Shown here: positions 27,900 to 36,328 of the stretch, in pieces
How positions within the stretch are numbered: position 1 is the first letter of the stretch
How the letters are laid out: every line of letters starts with the position of its first letter
NCBI GenBank assembly: GCA_028712375.1
Contig: JAQTQG010000002.1
Location: 8,032-72,031 of the forward strand
DNA length: 64,000 nucleotides
Reading direction: 5' to 3'
Source of the DNA: Candidatus Omnitrophota bacterium
GTDB lineage: Bacteria > Omnitrophota > Gorgyraeia > Gygaellales > Profunditerraquicolaceae
Notes under the pieces: model-generated
What the model saw: the letters and a program-made list of their open reading frames with translations, nothing else
Told to the model about the DNA's origin: nothing
The model's database searches: none
Program-made: the position numbers and the translations under genes

Positions 27900-28045
27900 A
27901 ACGGTGAGACTTGTTTAAGCAGCATCTTAAAATTCGAGCGGGCAAGGTTGCCCGCAATAAATGTCTTGGCAGAGCGAGAATTTTACCGAAGCGCAGCTGG
28001 CCACGCTGGGGCCAGCAAGCGGTGCGGCGAGAACAAGTCTCACCG
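27900..28045. other. ~146-nt GC-rich structured element bounded by 13-bp inverted repeats (GGTGAGACTTGTT / AACAAGTCTCACC); candidate small ncRNA or MITE-like insertion
   Basis: Terminal inverted repeats, plus internal hairpins GCGGGCAA-gg-TTGCCCGC and GCTGGCC-acgctggg-GGCCAGC. It is intergenic between the Maf-M48 gene and the HI0933 flavoprotein. Confidence 0.5.
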
Positions 28046-28049
28046 CTAA

Positions 28050-29294
28050 CTAACTTACCGCCGCGCTCTCTCCTGCCAAATACCCGGTTGAGAATGCTGC
28101 CTGAAGGTTAAATCCGCCGGTATCCGCATCCACATCGATCATCTCCCCGCAAAAATATAACCCCTTAACCAGGCGAGACTCCATCGTGCGTGGATCAATC
28201 TGCTTTAAACTTACTCCACCGCGGGTAACCATCCCTTCCTCAATCGGCCGGGGCCCGGAAATATCCAGATGAAAGCTCTTAAGTAAAGAAAGGATCTTTT
28301 CCCTCTCCTTTTGCGTAATCTGGCTGCATTTTTTTAACGGATCAATCCCGGCAACGTCAATAAAAATCATAATTAAACGCAAAGGCAATAACTCTTTAAG
28401 CATGTTCTTTATGCTCTTTTTAGAATTTAACTTAAACTCTCTAAGTAAGCGGGCATCCAACTGCTGAACCGATAAGGCCGGCTTTAAATCTATCTCCACA
28501 AAAACAGCTTTATCCGGCACGCTTAAATCTATAACCTTGCCGCTTAAAGTAATCACCAGCGGGCCGGATATTCCGCCTGCGGTAAAAACCAATTCGCCAA
28601 TCTCTGAAACAATCTCCCGTTTTCCGTCGGAAAATGTAAGCTTAATATTGCGTAAAGTTAACCCTTCCAGCTTTTTTACATAATTTTGTTTCACATCCAA
28701 CGCGACTAAACCGGGCTGCAAAGGGACTATAGTATGCCCTAATTTCTTAGCAATTTTTATTCCGGAAGCATCGGAACCGGTAAAGCTGTAGCTAGCCCCT
28801 CCGGAAGCTAAAATAACACGATCACTGGGAATATCCTGGCCGTTTTCTAAACGCACTCCTTTTGCCTGTCCACCGATAATAATTAAATCCACAACTTTAC
28901 TGCGGAAGGCAATCTGCACCCCGGCCTTAACCAATTCATCTTCTAATACTTTAAGTATGCTGGCAGACCGGTCGGTTTGCGGAAATACCCGCAGTTGACG
29001 TTCGATTTTTAATTTTAAACCACGATCTTCAAAAAAAGAGATCAATTCCTGATTAAAAAATTTCTTAAAAGCATCCCTTAGAAAATCGCCATTTTTGGAG
29101 AAACGTTTTAGAAAATTAGGGAGGTCTTCTGTATTGGTAAGATTACAGCGGCCTTTGCCGCTAAGCAGGAGCTTATTGCCCAGAGTGCTCTTTCTCTCCA
29201 GGAGAATAACCTCCTGGCCCAGAGTGCGCGCCCGGATTGCCGCCATTATACCTGCCGGCCCACCACCGGCTACTAAAATTTTTAATTTTTTCAC
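28050..29294 (-). CDS. HI0933/BaiN-family NAD(P)/FAD-dependent flavoprotein
   Basis: N-terminal GGGPAG dinucleotide-binding motif. ~410 aa HI0933-like architecture. Confidence 0.8.
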   Translation of the reverse strand: MKKLKILVAGGGPAGIMAAIRARTLGQEVILLERKSTLGNKLLLSGKGRCNLTNTEDLPNFLKRFSKNGDFLRDAFKKFFNQELISFFEDRGLKLKIERQLRVFPQTDRSASILKVLEDELVKAGVQIAFRSKVVDLIIIGGQAKGVRLENGQDIPSDRVILASGGASYSFTGSDASGIKIAKKLGHTIVPLQPGLVALDVKQNYVKKLEGLTLRNIKLTFSDGKREIVSEIGELVFTAGGISGPLVITLSGKVIDLSVPDKAVFVEIDLKPALSVQQLDARLLREFKLNSKKSIKNMLKELLPLRLIMIFIDVAGIDPLKKCSQITQKEREKILSLLKSFHLDISGPRPIEEGMVTRGGVSLKQIDPRTMESRLVKGLYFCGEMIDVDADTGGFNLQAAFSTGYLAGESAAVS

Positions 29295-29301
29295 GCAACA
29301 C

Positions 29302-29865
29302 CTAGCCTAAACCGAAATCTGCAATCTTAAAGATCGACTCTAGTTTTAATCCTGCTTTAGCTAAGCTCTCAGCAGCACCCTGGTTGCGGTCAACAATCAC
29401 GATTGCCTTCTCGGCGATTACTCCAATTTTATCCAAAGCCTGTTTAGCCTCCAGGATCGCTTTACCGCTGGTAGCCACATCATCAACCAAAACTACCCGG
29501 CTTCCTTTTTTAAGCGCCGGCCCTTCCACCTGTTGCTGCGTTCCATGCTCTTTAGCCTGCTTACGCACAATAAAAGTATTCACCGGTTGCCTGTTAATAT
29601 AGCTTATCGCGGCCAAAGCGCCGGTGATAGGATCGGCCCCCAAAGTCGGCCCGCCAATTGCATCAAAAACATCATCCTTAAGCATACCTAAAATAATATT
29701 AGCCGTCAAATAAGCCCCCTGCGGGCTTAAAGTAATTATCCGCCCATCGAGGTAATAGTTGCTTTCTTTGCCTGAAGAAAGGATAAATTTACCCCGCTTT
29801 AAGGCTTCGCGGTTTAATAAATCGAACAGTTCTTTTTTTAATTCCGCCGAATTTAATTTTTCCAT
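29302..29865 (-). CDS. pyrE: Orotate phosphoribosyltransferase
   Basis: PRPP-binding VVLVDDVATSGKAILEA. Confidence 0.85.
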   Translation of the reverse strand: MEKLNSAELKKELFDLLNREALKRGKFILSSGKESNYYLDGRIITLSPQGAYLTANIILGMLKDDVFDAIGGPTLGADPITGALAAISYINRQPVNTFIVRKQAKEHGTQQQVEGPALKKGSRVVLVDDVATSGKAILEAKQALDKIGVIAEKAIVIVDRNQGAAESLAKAGLKLESIFKIADFGLG

Positions 29866-30023
29866 GGTTTTATTCTACTATCGATAAAGCTGGCTGTCAA
29901 CACCTTCGTAAAAACAGGGAAAAACTGTATATTCTTCTAAAATTAATCCCGGGCAAAAGCAGCCCCCCCCTCCATCATCCCAATTACTTTGACAAACGTA
30001 ATTTTCATTGATATTATATCTTT

Positions 30024-30755
30024 ATGTTCCGGGGGTTATTAAAAGGCTTAAAGGATTTATTTTATCCAAACTGTTGTTTAATTTGTGGAAATATAATCCA
30101 GATACCTGACCGACAGGAATTAATCTGTGCCAGCTGTTGGGATAGTCTTGAGAAAAACCTGCCCCCTTTTTGCGCCAGCTGCGGCAGGCACCTGGGCCCT
30201 GAAGCAATAAAAAGAAATACTTGTCCGAGCTGCTCAAAATATAAAGAAAATTTTTATTTTGACCGGGCTTTCAGCCCTTGTGTATACACCGGCTCCGTAA
30301 AAAAACTGATTCATGAATTTAAATACTCGGGTAAGGATTATCTGGGTGCATTTTTAGGAAAACTGATGAATACTTTTATCCGGGATTATCAATTACCCAT
30401 CGCATACCTTGATTTCATTATCCCTGTGCCGTTGCACAGCAGCCGAAAAAGAGAAAGAGAATTTAATCAGGCAGAAATCTTAGGCCGTAAAATTGCGGAT
30501 GAATTCGGAAAAAAAATCCTAACCGATGCCCTTATCCGCAGTAAACCTACAAAAACGCAAACGGAGCTTACTTTCGGGCAGCGCTGCCGTAATATCGAGG
30601 GATGTTTTACAGTAACCAATCCGGAATTAATTAATAATACAAATTTACTAATCATCGATGATGTATTGACCACTGCTGCTACCGCAAACGAAGCAGCCAA
30701 ATGCTTAAAGAAAGCCGGAGCCAAAAAAGTACTCCTTTTAACTTTAGCTAGCTAA
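30024..30755 (+). CDS. comFC: ComF family protein (phosphoribosyltransferase domain with N-terminal Cys4 zinc finger)
   Basis: CLICGN...CASCW...CASCG zinc ribbon and a C-terminal PRTase motif LLIIDDVLTTAAT. Confidence 0.8.
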   Translation: MFRGLLKGLKDLFYPNCCLICGNIIQIPDRQELICASCWDSLEKNLPPFCASCGRHLGPEAIKRNTCPSCSKYKENFYFDRAFSPCVYTGSVKKLIHEFKYSGKDYLGAFLGKLMNTFIRDYQLPIAYLDFIIPVPLHSSRKREREFNQAEILGRKIADEFGKKILTDALIRSKPTKTQTELTFGQRCRNIEGCFTVTNPELINNTNLLIIDDVLTTAATANEAAKCLKKAGAKKVLLLTLAS

Positions 30756-30762
30756 CTATGAA

Positions 30763-30837
30763 CCCCGCACCTTCCATATATCCAACTATTAAAACCGTGC
30801 GGGATAACAAATTAAATGAGAAAGAAGGTGCGGGGTG
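30763..30837 (+). promoter_or_regulatory. Inverted-repeat hairpin sequestering the lptF Shine-Dalgarno and GTG start (CCCCGCACCTTC...GAAGGTGCGGGG-TG)
   Basis: 12-bp arms separated by ~49 nt. The 3' arm contains the SD GAAGGTG and ends in the GTG start codon. An identical module sits upstream of radA at 49076-49147. Confidence 0.6.
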
Positions 30838-31938
30838 AAGATCCTGCGTAATTACATTTTAAGGGAATTCCTCGGTCCGCTGCTTCTGGTTTTGGGAGTG
30901 TTGACCTTTGTTATGGTGCTTATCGGCAATTTAAAACGCATCGCGGATCTAGTGATTAATAAAGGAGTGGATATCTTTAGTGTCATCCAGATTTTCATCT
31001 ACCTTACTCCTTATATTGTTACTTATACCTTGCCCATATCAATACTAGTGGCAGTATTACTGGCTTTAGGCAGATTAAGCGGAGACAATGAAGTAATCGC
31101 AATCCGCGCCAGCGGCATCAACTTATTTAAATTAATACTGCCCTTACTAACCATCGGATTAGCCTTGAGTTTAGCCCTGGCAGTTTTTAACGACCAGGCA
31201 GCATCCTATTCCCATTTTGCTTACCGCAAAACCTTGCAGGAAATGGGGATTAAAAATCCTACTGCCGCCTTTGAAGAAGGAGTATTTATTGATTCCTTCA
31301 AAAAATACATTCTTTTTATCTACAATGTTGACCAGAAAAAAAACCGGCTCAATAACATCCGCATCTATGAACCACAGGGCGAAGACCGGCCCACTCGCAC
31401 GATTGTGGCGAAAGCCGGAGAATTTATTACTGTGCCCGGTAAAAACACCGTAAAATTGAAGCTTATCGATGGAACCAGTGATGAGCCGGATCCGGAGAAC
31501 CCGACTAATTTTTATAAACTAAATTTCCGTACCTACTTCATGAACCTGGATATGGCACAAATGCAGGATAAGGTTGTAGAAAAGAAATATAAAGAAATGA
31601 CAATCCGCGAACTCAAAAAAGAAGCGGCTAAGCTTAAATCCGAAGGCATCAGCCCGGCGCCCCTAATCACCAAAATACATGAAAAACTAGCTTTGGCATT
31701 CTCCTGCTTTGTTTTCATGCTTCTGGGATCCTCATTGGGAATTATTACGCGCAGGCGCGAAAAATCCATTAACATCGGAATTGCCGTACTGATCATTGTC
31801 TGCTACTATCCTTTATATATCGGCTTAACCGCGCTGGCTATGGAAGGAGCTTTACCGGCAGCACTTGCCATCTGGTTGCCGAATATTATCTTTGCCGGTG
31901 TAGGCAGCTATTTAACTTATAAACTATGCGCATCTTAG
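30835..31938 (+). CDS. lptF: LPS export ABC transporter permease LptF (YjgP/YjgQ family)
   Basis: 6-TM YjgP/YjgQ architecture with a periplasmic beta-jellyroll insert. GTG start. Paired with lptG. Confidence 0.8.
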   Translation: MKILRNYILREFLGPLLLVLGVLTFVMVLIGNLKRIADLVINKGVDIFSVIQIFIYLTPYIVTYTLPISILVAVLLALGRLSGDNEVIAIRASGINLFKLILPLLTIGLALSLALAVFNDQAASYSHFAYRKTLQEMGIKNPTAAFEEGVFIDSFKKYILFIYNVDQKKNRLNNIRIYEPQGEDRPTRTIVAKAGEFITVPGKNTVKLKLIDGTSDEPDPENPTNFYKLNFRTYFMNLDMAQMQDKVVEKKYKEMTIRELKKEAAKLKSEGISPAPLITKIHEKLALAFSCFVFMLLGSSLGIITRRREKSINIGIAVLIIVCYYPLYIGLTALAMEGALPAALAIWLPNIIFAGVGSYLTYKLCAS

Positions 31939-33023
31939 ACCGCTACATCCTAAAATCAATTATTCATATTTTCATTTCCTGCATTTTTGTATTCCTCTTC
32001 CTCTATATCGTCATCGACTTGTTGTCTAATTTAGATGAAGTATTAAAACATCAGACTACTTTGGCCTTACTCATACGCTATTATCTTTCATATCTGCCGA
32101 TTATGTTCGTACAGGTCTCCCCCTTTGCCTGCCTCCTAAGTACGGTTTATACTTTCGGCAAGCTAAACCACAATAATGAAATTATTGCCATGCGTTCAAG
32201 CGGCTTAAGCATATTTGAAATCGCCCGTAATGCCCTGATTTTCGGCTTGCTGATTAGTTTTACAGTATTTTGGGTAAATGACCGGCTTGTGCCCAGTTCT
32301 CTGGCGGAAAATCAAAAAATTAAAATCCAGATTGAAGAAGGCACGAAAGGCAAACCTAAAAAAAATGAAGCAATTACTAACCTCACCCTCTACGGCCTAC
32401 GAAACAGATTATTCTTTATCAGCAGATTCTTGCCAGCTGCAAAAACCATGGAAGGAATTACTATACTTGAACAAGATGAACATCAAAACTTGACTAAAAA
32501 AATCATCGCTACCCGGGGAGTTTATCAGGATGGATTATGGAGATTTTTTCAAAGCATCACTTATAAATTCGATAATAACGGACAGGTAATTGATGAACCA
32601 AGCTACCTGGAAGAAGAAATTATGAGTATTCCGGAAACCCCCGAGAACCTTGCATCTTTGCGCCAGAAACCGGAACAAATGAACATACGCCAAATGCAGG
32701 ATTATATCTGGATACTCTCTAAAAGCGGAGCTACCACCGTCATCCGCAACTTAAAAGTAGACCTCTATCAGCGTTTTACTGCGCCATTTACCAGCATCAT
32801 AATTATACTATTAGGAATACCGTTTTCTCTGATGATGCGCAAACGCGCAACAGGAATGTCTTCTGTCGGGGTTTCGATTATCGTGGGTTTTCTTTATTAT
32901 GTTCTGGAGGCTATCTGCCTGGCTATCGGAAAATCCGGGTTAATCCCACCTATTCTGGCTGCCTCATTAAGCCACATTATCATTTTATCCGGAAGCCTCT
33001 ATCTTATTTCAAAACTACCCTAA
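31926..33023 (+). CDS. lptG: LPS export ABC transporter permease LptG (YjgP/YjgQ family)
   Basis: Paralogous YjgP/YjgQ permease that overlaps the lptF stop. Confidence 0.8.
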   Translation: MRILDRYILKSIIHIFISCIFVFLFLYIVIDLLSNLDEVLKHQTTLALLIRYYLSYLPIMFVQVSPFACLLSTVYTFGKLNHNNEIIAMRSSGLSIFEIARNALIFGLLISFTVFWVNDRLVPSSLAENQKIKIQIEEGTKGKPKKNEAITNLTLYGLRNRLFFISRFLPAAKTMEGITILEQDEHQNLTKKIIATRGVYQDGLWRFFQSITYKFDNNGQVIDEPSYLEEEIMSIPETPENLASLRQKPEQMNIRQMQDYIWILSKSGATTVIRNLKVDLYQRFTAPFTSIIIILLGIPFSLMMRKRATGMSSVGVSIIVGFLYYVLEAICLAIGKSGLIPPILAASLSHIIILSGSLYLISKLP

Positions 33024-33057
33024 AAAAATAAAAACTAGTTTCCGCCTCAGAAGCTGC

Positions 33058-33081
33058 GTCAAAATTCTCTAGAATTTTGAC
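33058..33081. promoter_or_regulatory. 24-bp near-perfect palindrome GTCAAAATTCTCTAGAATTTTGAC downstream of lptG
   Basis: 11 of 12 positions are self-complementary. Candidate terminator stem or dimeric DNA-binding site. Confidence 0.35.
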
Positions 33082-33097
33082 GTATTCGACGGAATAA

Positions 33098-33122
33098 CCC
33101 TTGCTCGTTTCACTCGCCAGGA
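33098..33122. repeat. Hairpin repeat cccttgc-tcgtttcactc-gccagga (CCTTGC...GCAAGG family)
   Basis: Near-identical to the 7519-7543 copy. Confidence 0.7.
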
Positions 33123-33176
33123 TTTCGTTAAACAGAGCATAAAGTGCTCAATTCGCGACAGCCTTATGGCCTCAGC

Positions 33177-34331
33177 TTACGTCGCTATCGCTCCGTAAGC
33201 TGTCTGCTCATTTATATAAATCCTGGGAATCCGGCTGCCTAATCCACAGACAATTTCATATGAAATTGTGCCGGATAACTCCGCAAGCTCTTCCGCGGTA
33301 ACCTGCTGCTCCCCCTGTTTACCGATTAAAACTACCTCATCTCCTATTTTTGGTTTAAAATTGCCGACATCCACCATAATTTGATCCATACAAACCCTGC
33401 CGCTAACCCTAAACCGCCGGCCGCCGATTAAAAGCCAACCCAAGTTAGAAAGATTACGCGGATAACCATCGCCATAACCTATCGGTAAAGTAACAATACA
33501 TGTTGAACGCGCCGTTACATAAGTTAAACCATAGCTTATGCCGACATGCGGGCCGACCTGTTTAATAAACACCACCCGGGTCTTAAGGCTCAACACCGGC
33601 TTTAATTTCAAACCTAAATTTTTCTTAGGATGTAAACCATAAATTACTAATCCCGGCCTGACCATGTTAAAATGGCTGTTGCGATGCTTAATTAATCCGA
33701 TGCTGTTAGCAGTATGTACCAAAGGAATATTAATCCCGCTCTTTTTCAAATCCATAACTAATTTATCAAACAATCTAATTTGCCTGGTAGTAAATTTATG
33801 GTCAGAATCCGCAAGGGGAAAATGCGTAAAAATTCCCTGGATTTGGATATTCTTTAATTTATAAATATCCGTTACCAACCCAAAAGCTTCCCCAGGGAGA
33901 ACCCCGATCCTGCCCATTCCGGTATCAATTTTAATATGCACCGGGATAATCTGTTTAAAGATTCCAGCTTGAGCATTAAGTGCGCGGGCTAACTGAAGAT
34001 CGCAAACTGCGGGAATAAGCCGGTAAGTAAAAAGCGGTTTTATGTCTTCTTTAAGCACCAACCCTAAAATTAAAATTGGTTTTTTAATCCCGGCCCGCCT
34101 AAGCTTAATTCCTTCATCTATAGAAGCAACACCTAAATAATCTAAACCGCAGGCAACCAGTTTTTTAGCCACAGGAATTAAACCATGCCCATAAGCATCG
34201 GCTTTAACGGTAACCAAAACTTTGGTTTGCTTATGCAACAGGGACTTAATTTTTTTGAAATTATGCCCCAAATAATTCAGGTTCACCTCTGCCCAGGTCG
34301 GCCGGTAACCTATCGCGACTTTATTTGACAT
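33177..34331 (-). CDS. alr: Alanine racemase
   Basis: PLP-lysine motif VTVKADAYGHG. Confidence 0.9.
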   Translation of the reverse strand: MSNKVAIGYRPTWAEVNLNYLGHNFKKIKSLLHKQTKVLVTVKADAYGHGLIPVAKKLVACGLDYLGVASIDEGIKLRRAGIKKPILILGLVLKEDIKPLFTYRLIPAVCDLQLARALNAQAGIFKQIIPVHIKIDTGMGRIGVLPGEAFGLVTDIYKLKNIQIQGIFTHFPLADSDHKFTTRQIRLFDKLVMDLKKSGINIPLVHTANSIGLIKHRNSHFNMVRPGLVIYGLHPKKNLGLKLKPVLSLKTRVVFIKQVGPHVGISYGLTYVTARSTCIVTLPIGYGDGYPRNLSNLGWLLIGGRRFRVSGRVCMDQIMVDVGNFKPKIGDEVVLIGKQGEQQVTAEELAELSGTISYEIVCGLGSRIPRIYINEQTAYGAIAT

Positions 34332-34984
34332 TCTTTAGGATATAGGTAGATCGGTTTAACGGTTAAAGCTGAAGAAAATTGCTGAGCTTTAATCCTGGCC
34401 AACGCCAGATCCATAAGGTTATGCGCCCGCGGACTCCAATAATCTTTATCTAAAACAGTAGCATTTTTTATGCGTGCCAACAAGCTATCGCCATACAGGC
34501 TTACAGCATCCCCCAAGATTACCGGATTCCCGGGAAATCTTTTCACCAGATCATCCAAACCAAGCAGCGCATATGCGCTCTTGCGCTGCAATTTTCCCTG
34601 CGCATACCGGTAAGAACTGCAATAAATAAGCGATCTTCGGGCATCTATCGCAGTAACGATTAAACGATCCCTGGCTTCTGCATTCATCGCCAAAACATCT
34701 AATGTCGATATTCCAACAACCGGCTTATTCTTTACCACACTTAACCCTTTAATTGTAGCCAGGCCAATACGGATTCCGGTAAAAGACCCCGGGCCTAAAC
34801 CACAGGCAAAATAATCAATATCGGATACTTTTAGCCCAACTTCACAAAGCACCCGCTGGATAGCAGGAACCAACAACCTGGAAAGATTGCGGCCCACCTC
34901 CAGGCTGTATTCATAGAACTTGCCGTCTACGTGCAAACCCAAGCAAAGACGCGGAGTCGTAGTATCAATTCCCAGTATTCTCAT
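34310..34984 (-). CDS. tsaB: tRNA threonylcarbamoyladenosine biosynthesis protein TsaB (YeaZ)
   Basis: MRILGIDTTT and the ASKH-fold Kae1/YeaZ family. Confidence 0.85.
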   Translation of the reverse strand: MRILGIDTTTPRLCLGLHVDGKFYEYSLEVGRNLSRLLVPAIQRVLCEVGLKVSDIDYFACGLGPGSFTGIRIGLATIKGLSVVKNKPVVGISTLDVLAMNAEARDRLIVTAIDARRSLIYCSSYRYAQGKLQRKSAYALLGLDDLVKRFPGNPVILGDAVSLYGDSLLARIKNATVLDKDYWSPRAHNLMDLALARIKAQQFSSALTVKPIYLYPKECQIKSR

Positions 34985-35432
34985 TGATCCTTTCTAATAA
35001 TTTTTTGTACCTGAAGCCTTTAGCCAGAAATTTAAAACTTCTTTTATTTTTAGCTTTAGCAATTAGCTTAATCTTTAAAAATTCCTTTGGCAAGAGGAAT
35101 TTTAACCGCTCTGGCCATTCAATAACCGTCACCGCATCAGAATACAAATATTCCTGATAACCCAAAGCAAAAATATCCTCCGGGCTGCTTATACGGTAAA
35201 AATCAAAGTGCTGCAATAGGTGTTTGCCTTGATATACGCGCAGTAAAACAAAAGTCGGGCTAACCACATCATTTTTTTTAATCCCTAAACCCTGAGCAAT
35301 TCCTTTAGCTAAAACTGTTTTACCTGCCCCCAAGTTTCCATACAAAAGAATAACCTCACCCCCTACAAGATGAGCGGCAATACGCTTACCTAACTTCAAT
35401 GTCTGATTAACCGATACAGATAGTTTTTCCAT
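34965..35432 (-). CDS. tsaE: tRNA threonylcarbamoyladenosine biosynthesis ATPase TsaE (YjeE)
   Basis: Walker A GNLGAGKTVLAKGIAQGLG. ~155 aa. Confidence 0.85.
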   Translation of the reverse strand: MEKLSVSVNQTLKLGKRIAAHLVGGEVILLYGNLGAGKTVLAKGIAQGLGIKKNDVVSPTFVLLRVYQGKHLLQHFDFYRISSPEDIFALGYQEYLYSDAVTVIEWPERLKFLLPKEFLKIKLIAKAKNKRSFKFLAKGFRYKKLLERINENTGN

Positions 35433-36328
35433 TAGAAATGCCGATACCCTTTCAACTTAAGCCTGGCATACCTGTTTTTATAATTAATCAACCTTAAGCC
35501 AAATGATGCCGGCATAATTTCACCGATAACTTTAAAACGGTATTTAGTATTTTTTATAATTTTACTTGCTTGATCCCTGCTGGCAGTAAAAAGCAGTTCA
35601 AACTCCTCACCCGAACAAAGCGCTTCCTGGCTGTTTTTTGCCTGCTTACTTAATGGAATAAGGCTTTCATATAAAACCGCACCCGCTGAACTTTGTTCTA
35701 AAATATGGCCCAAATCCTGCACTAACCCGTCAGAGACATCAATCATAGAATTAATTTTAAAATTACCCACTAGAAACCGCGCTTCTTTAAGGCGCGGAAT
35801 AAATTTTAAATGTTTTCCTTTTATTGAACCGCCAAACTCGCCGGTAACCATAATAATATCCCCGGTTTTTGCTCCCCGGCGCAGACAAAGCTCATTTTTA
35901 CCGACTTCTCCCAACACACTCACATCAATAACAAGTTTATGGGAAGCAGAGATATCCCCTCCAACAATATTAATATCAAATCTCTTGGCCATTTCAAACA
36001 AGCCTTTTGCCAAAAGGTCTACCTGGTTAACCTGCATATTCTTTGGCAACCCCAACGCTACTACCGCATGTTTAGGCACTCCCCCGCAGGCAGCAATATC
36101 GCTGATTGAAATAGCCAAAGCCTTGCCGCCCACCAGGCTAAAGTTATCGGTTTTATAAAAATCTACCCCTTCTACGATCATATCGCAAGTAAACAACTGG
36201 TAGCTGTCTTTATTAAATTTTAATACCGCACAATCATCACCGCTGCCCTCAACTACAGAAGAATTAAGCCGGATTTTTTTCCGGAACCTTTTAATTAACT
36301 CAAATTCGCCAAGATCACTTATGCGCAT
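35432..36328 (-). CDS. thiL: Thiamine-monophosphate kinase
   Basis: AIR-synthase-related fold: GEFELIKRF ... DDCAVL ... DISDGL. Confidence 0.8.
   Translation of the reverse strand: MRISDLGEFELIKRFRKKIRLNSSVVEGSGDDCAVLKFNKDSYQLFTCDMIVEGVDFYKTDNFSLVGGKALAISISDIAACGGVPKHAVVALGLPKNMQVNQVDLLAKGLFEMAKRFDINIVGGDISASHKLVIDVSVLGEVGKNELCLRRGAKTGDIIMVTGEFGGSIKGKHLKFIPRLKEARFLVGNFKINSMIDVSDGLVQDLGHILEQSSAGAVLYESLIPLSKQAKNSQEALCSGEEFELLFTASRDQASKIIKNTKYRFKVIGEIMPASFGLRLINYKNRYARLKLKGYRHF

Noticed and set aside
27911-28111. 66-aa plus-strand ORF, and the N-terminal 25-aa extension of the Maf ORF (27883-27957).
   Set aside because: Both cover the GC-rich inverted-repeat element. Maf homology begins only at MVKIY, so the element is treated as noncoding.
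7300-33122. Possibility that the repeated hairpins form a CRISPR array.
   Set aside because: Copies are tens of kilobases apart or irregularly spaced with no uniform spacers, and there are no cas genes. This is a dispersed REP-like family, not CRISPR.
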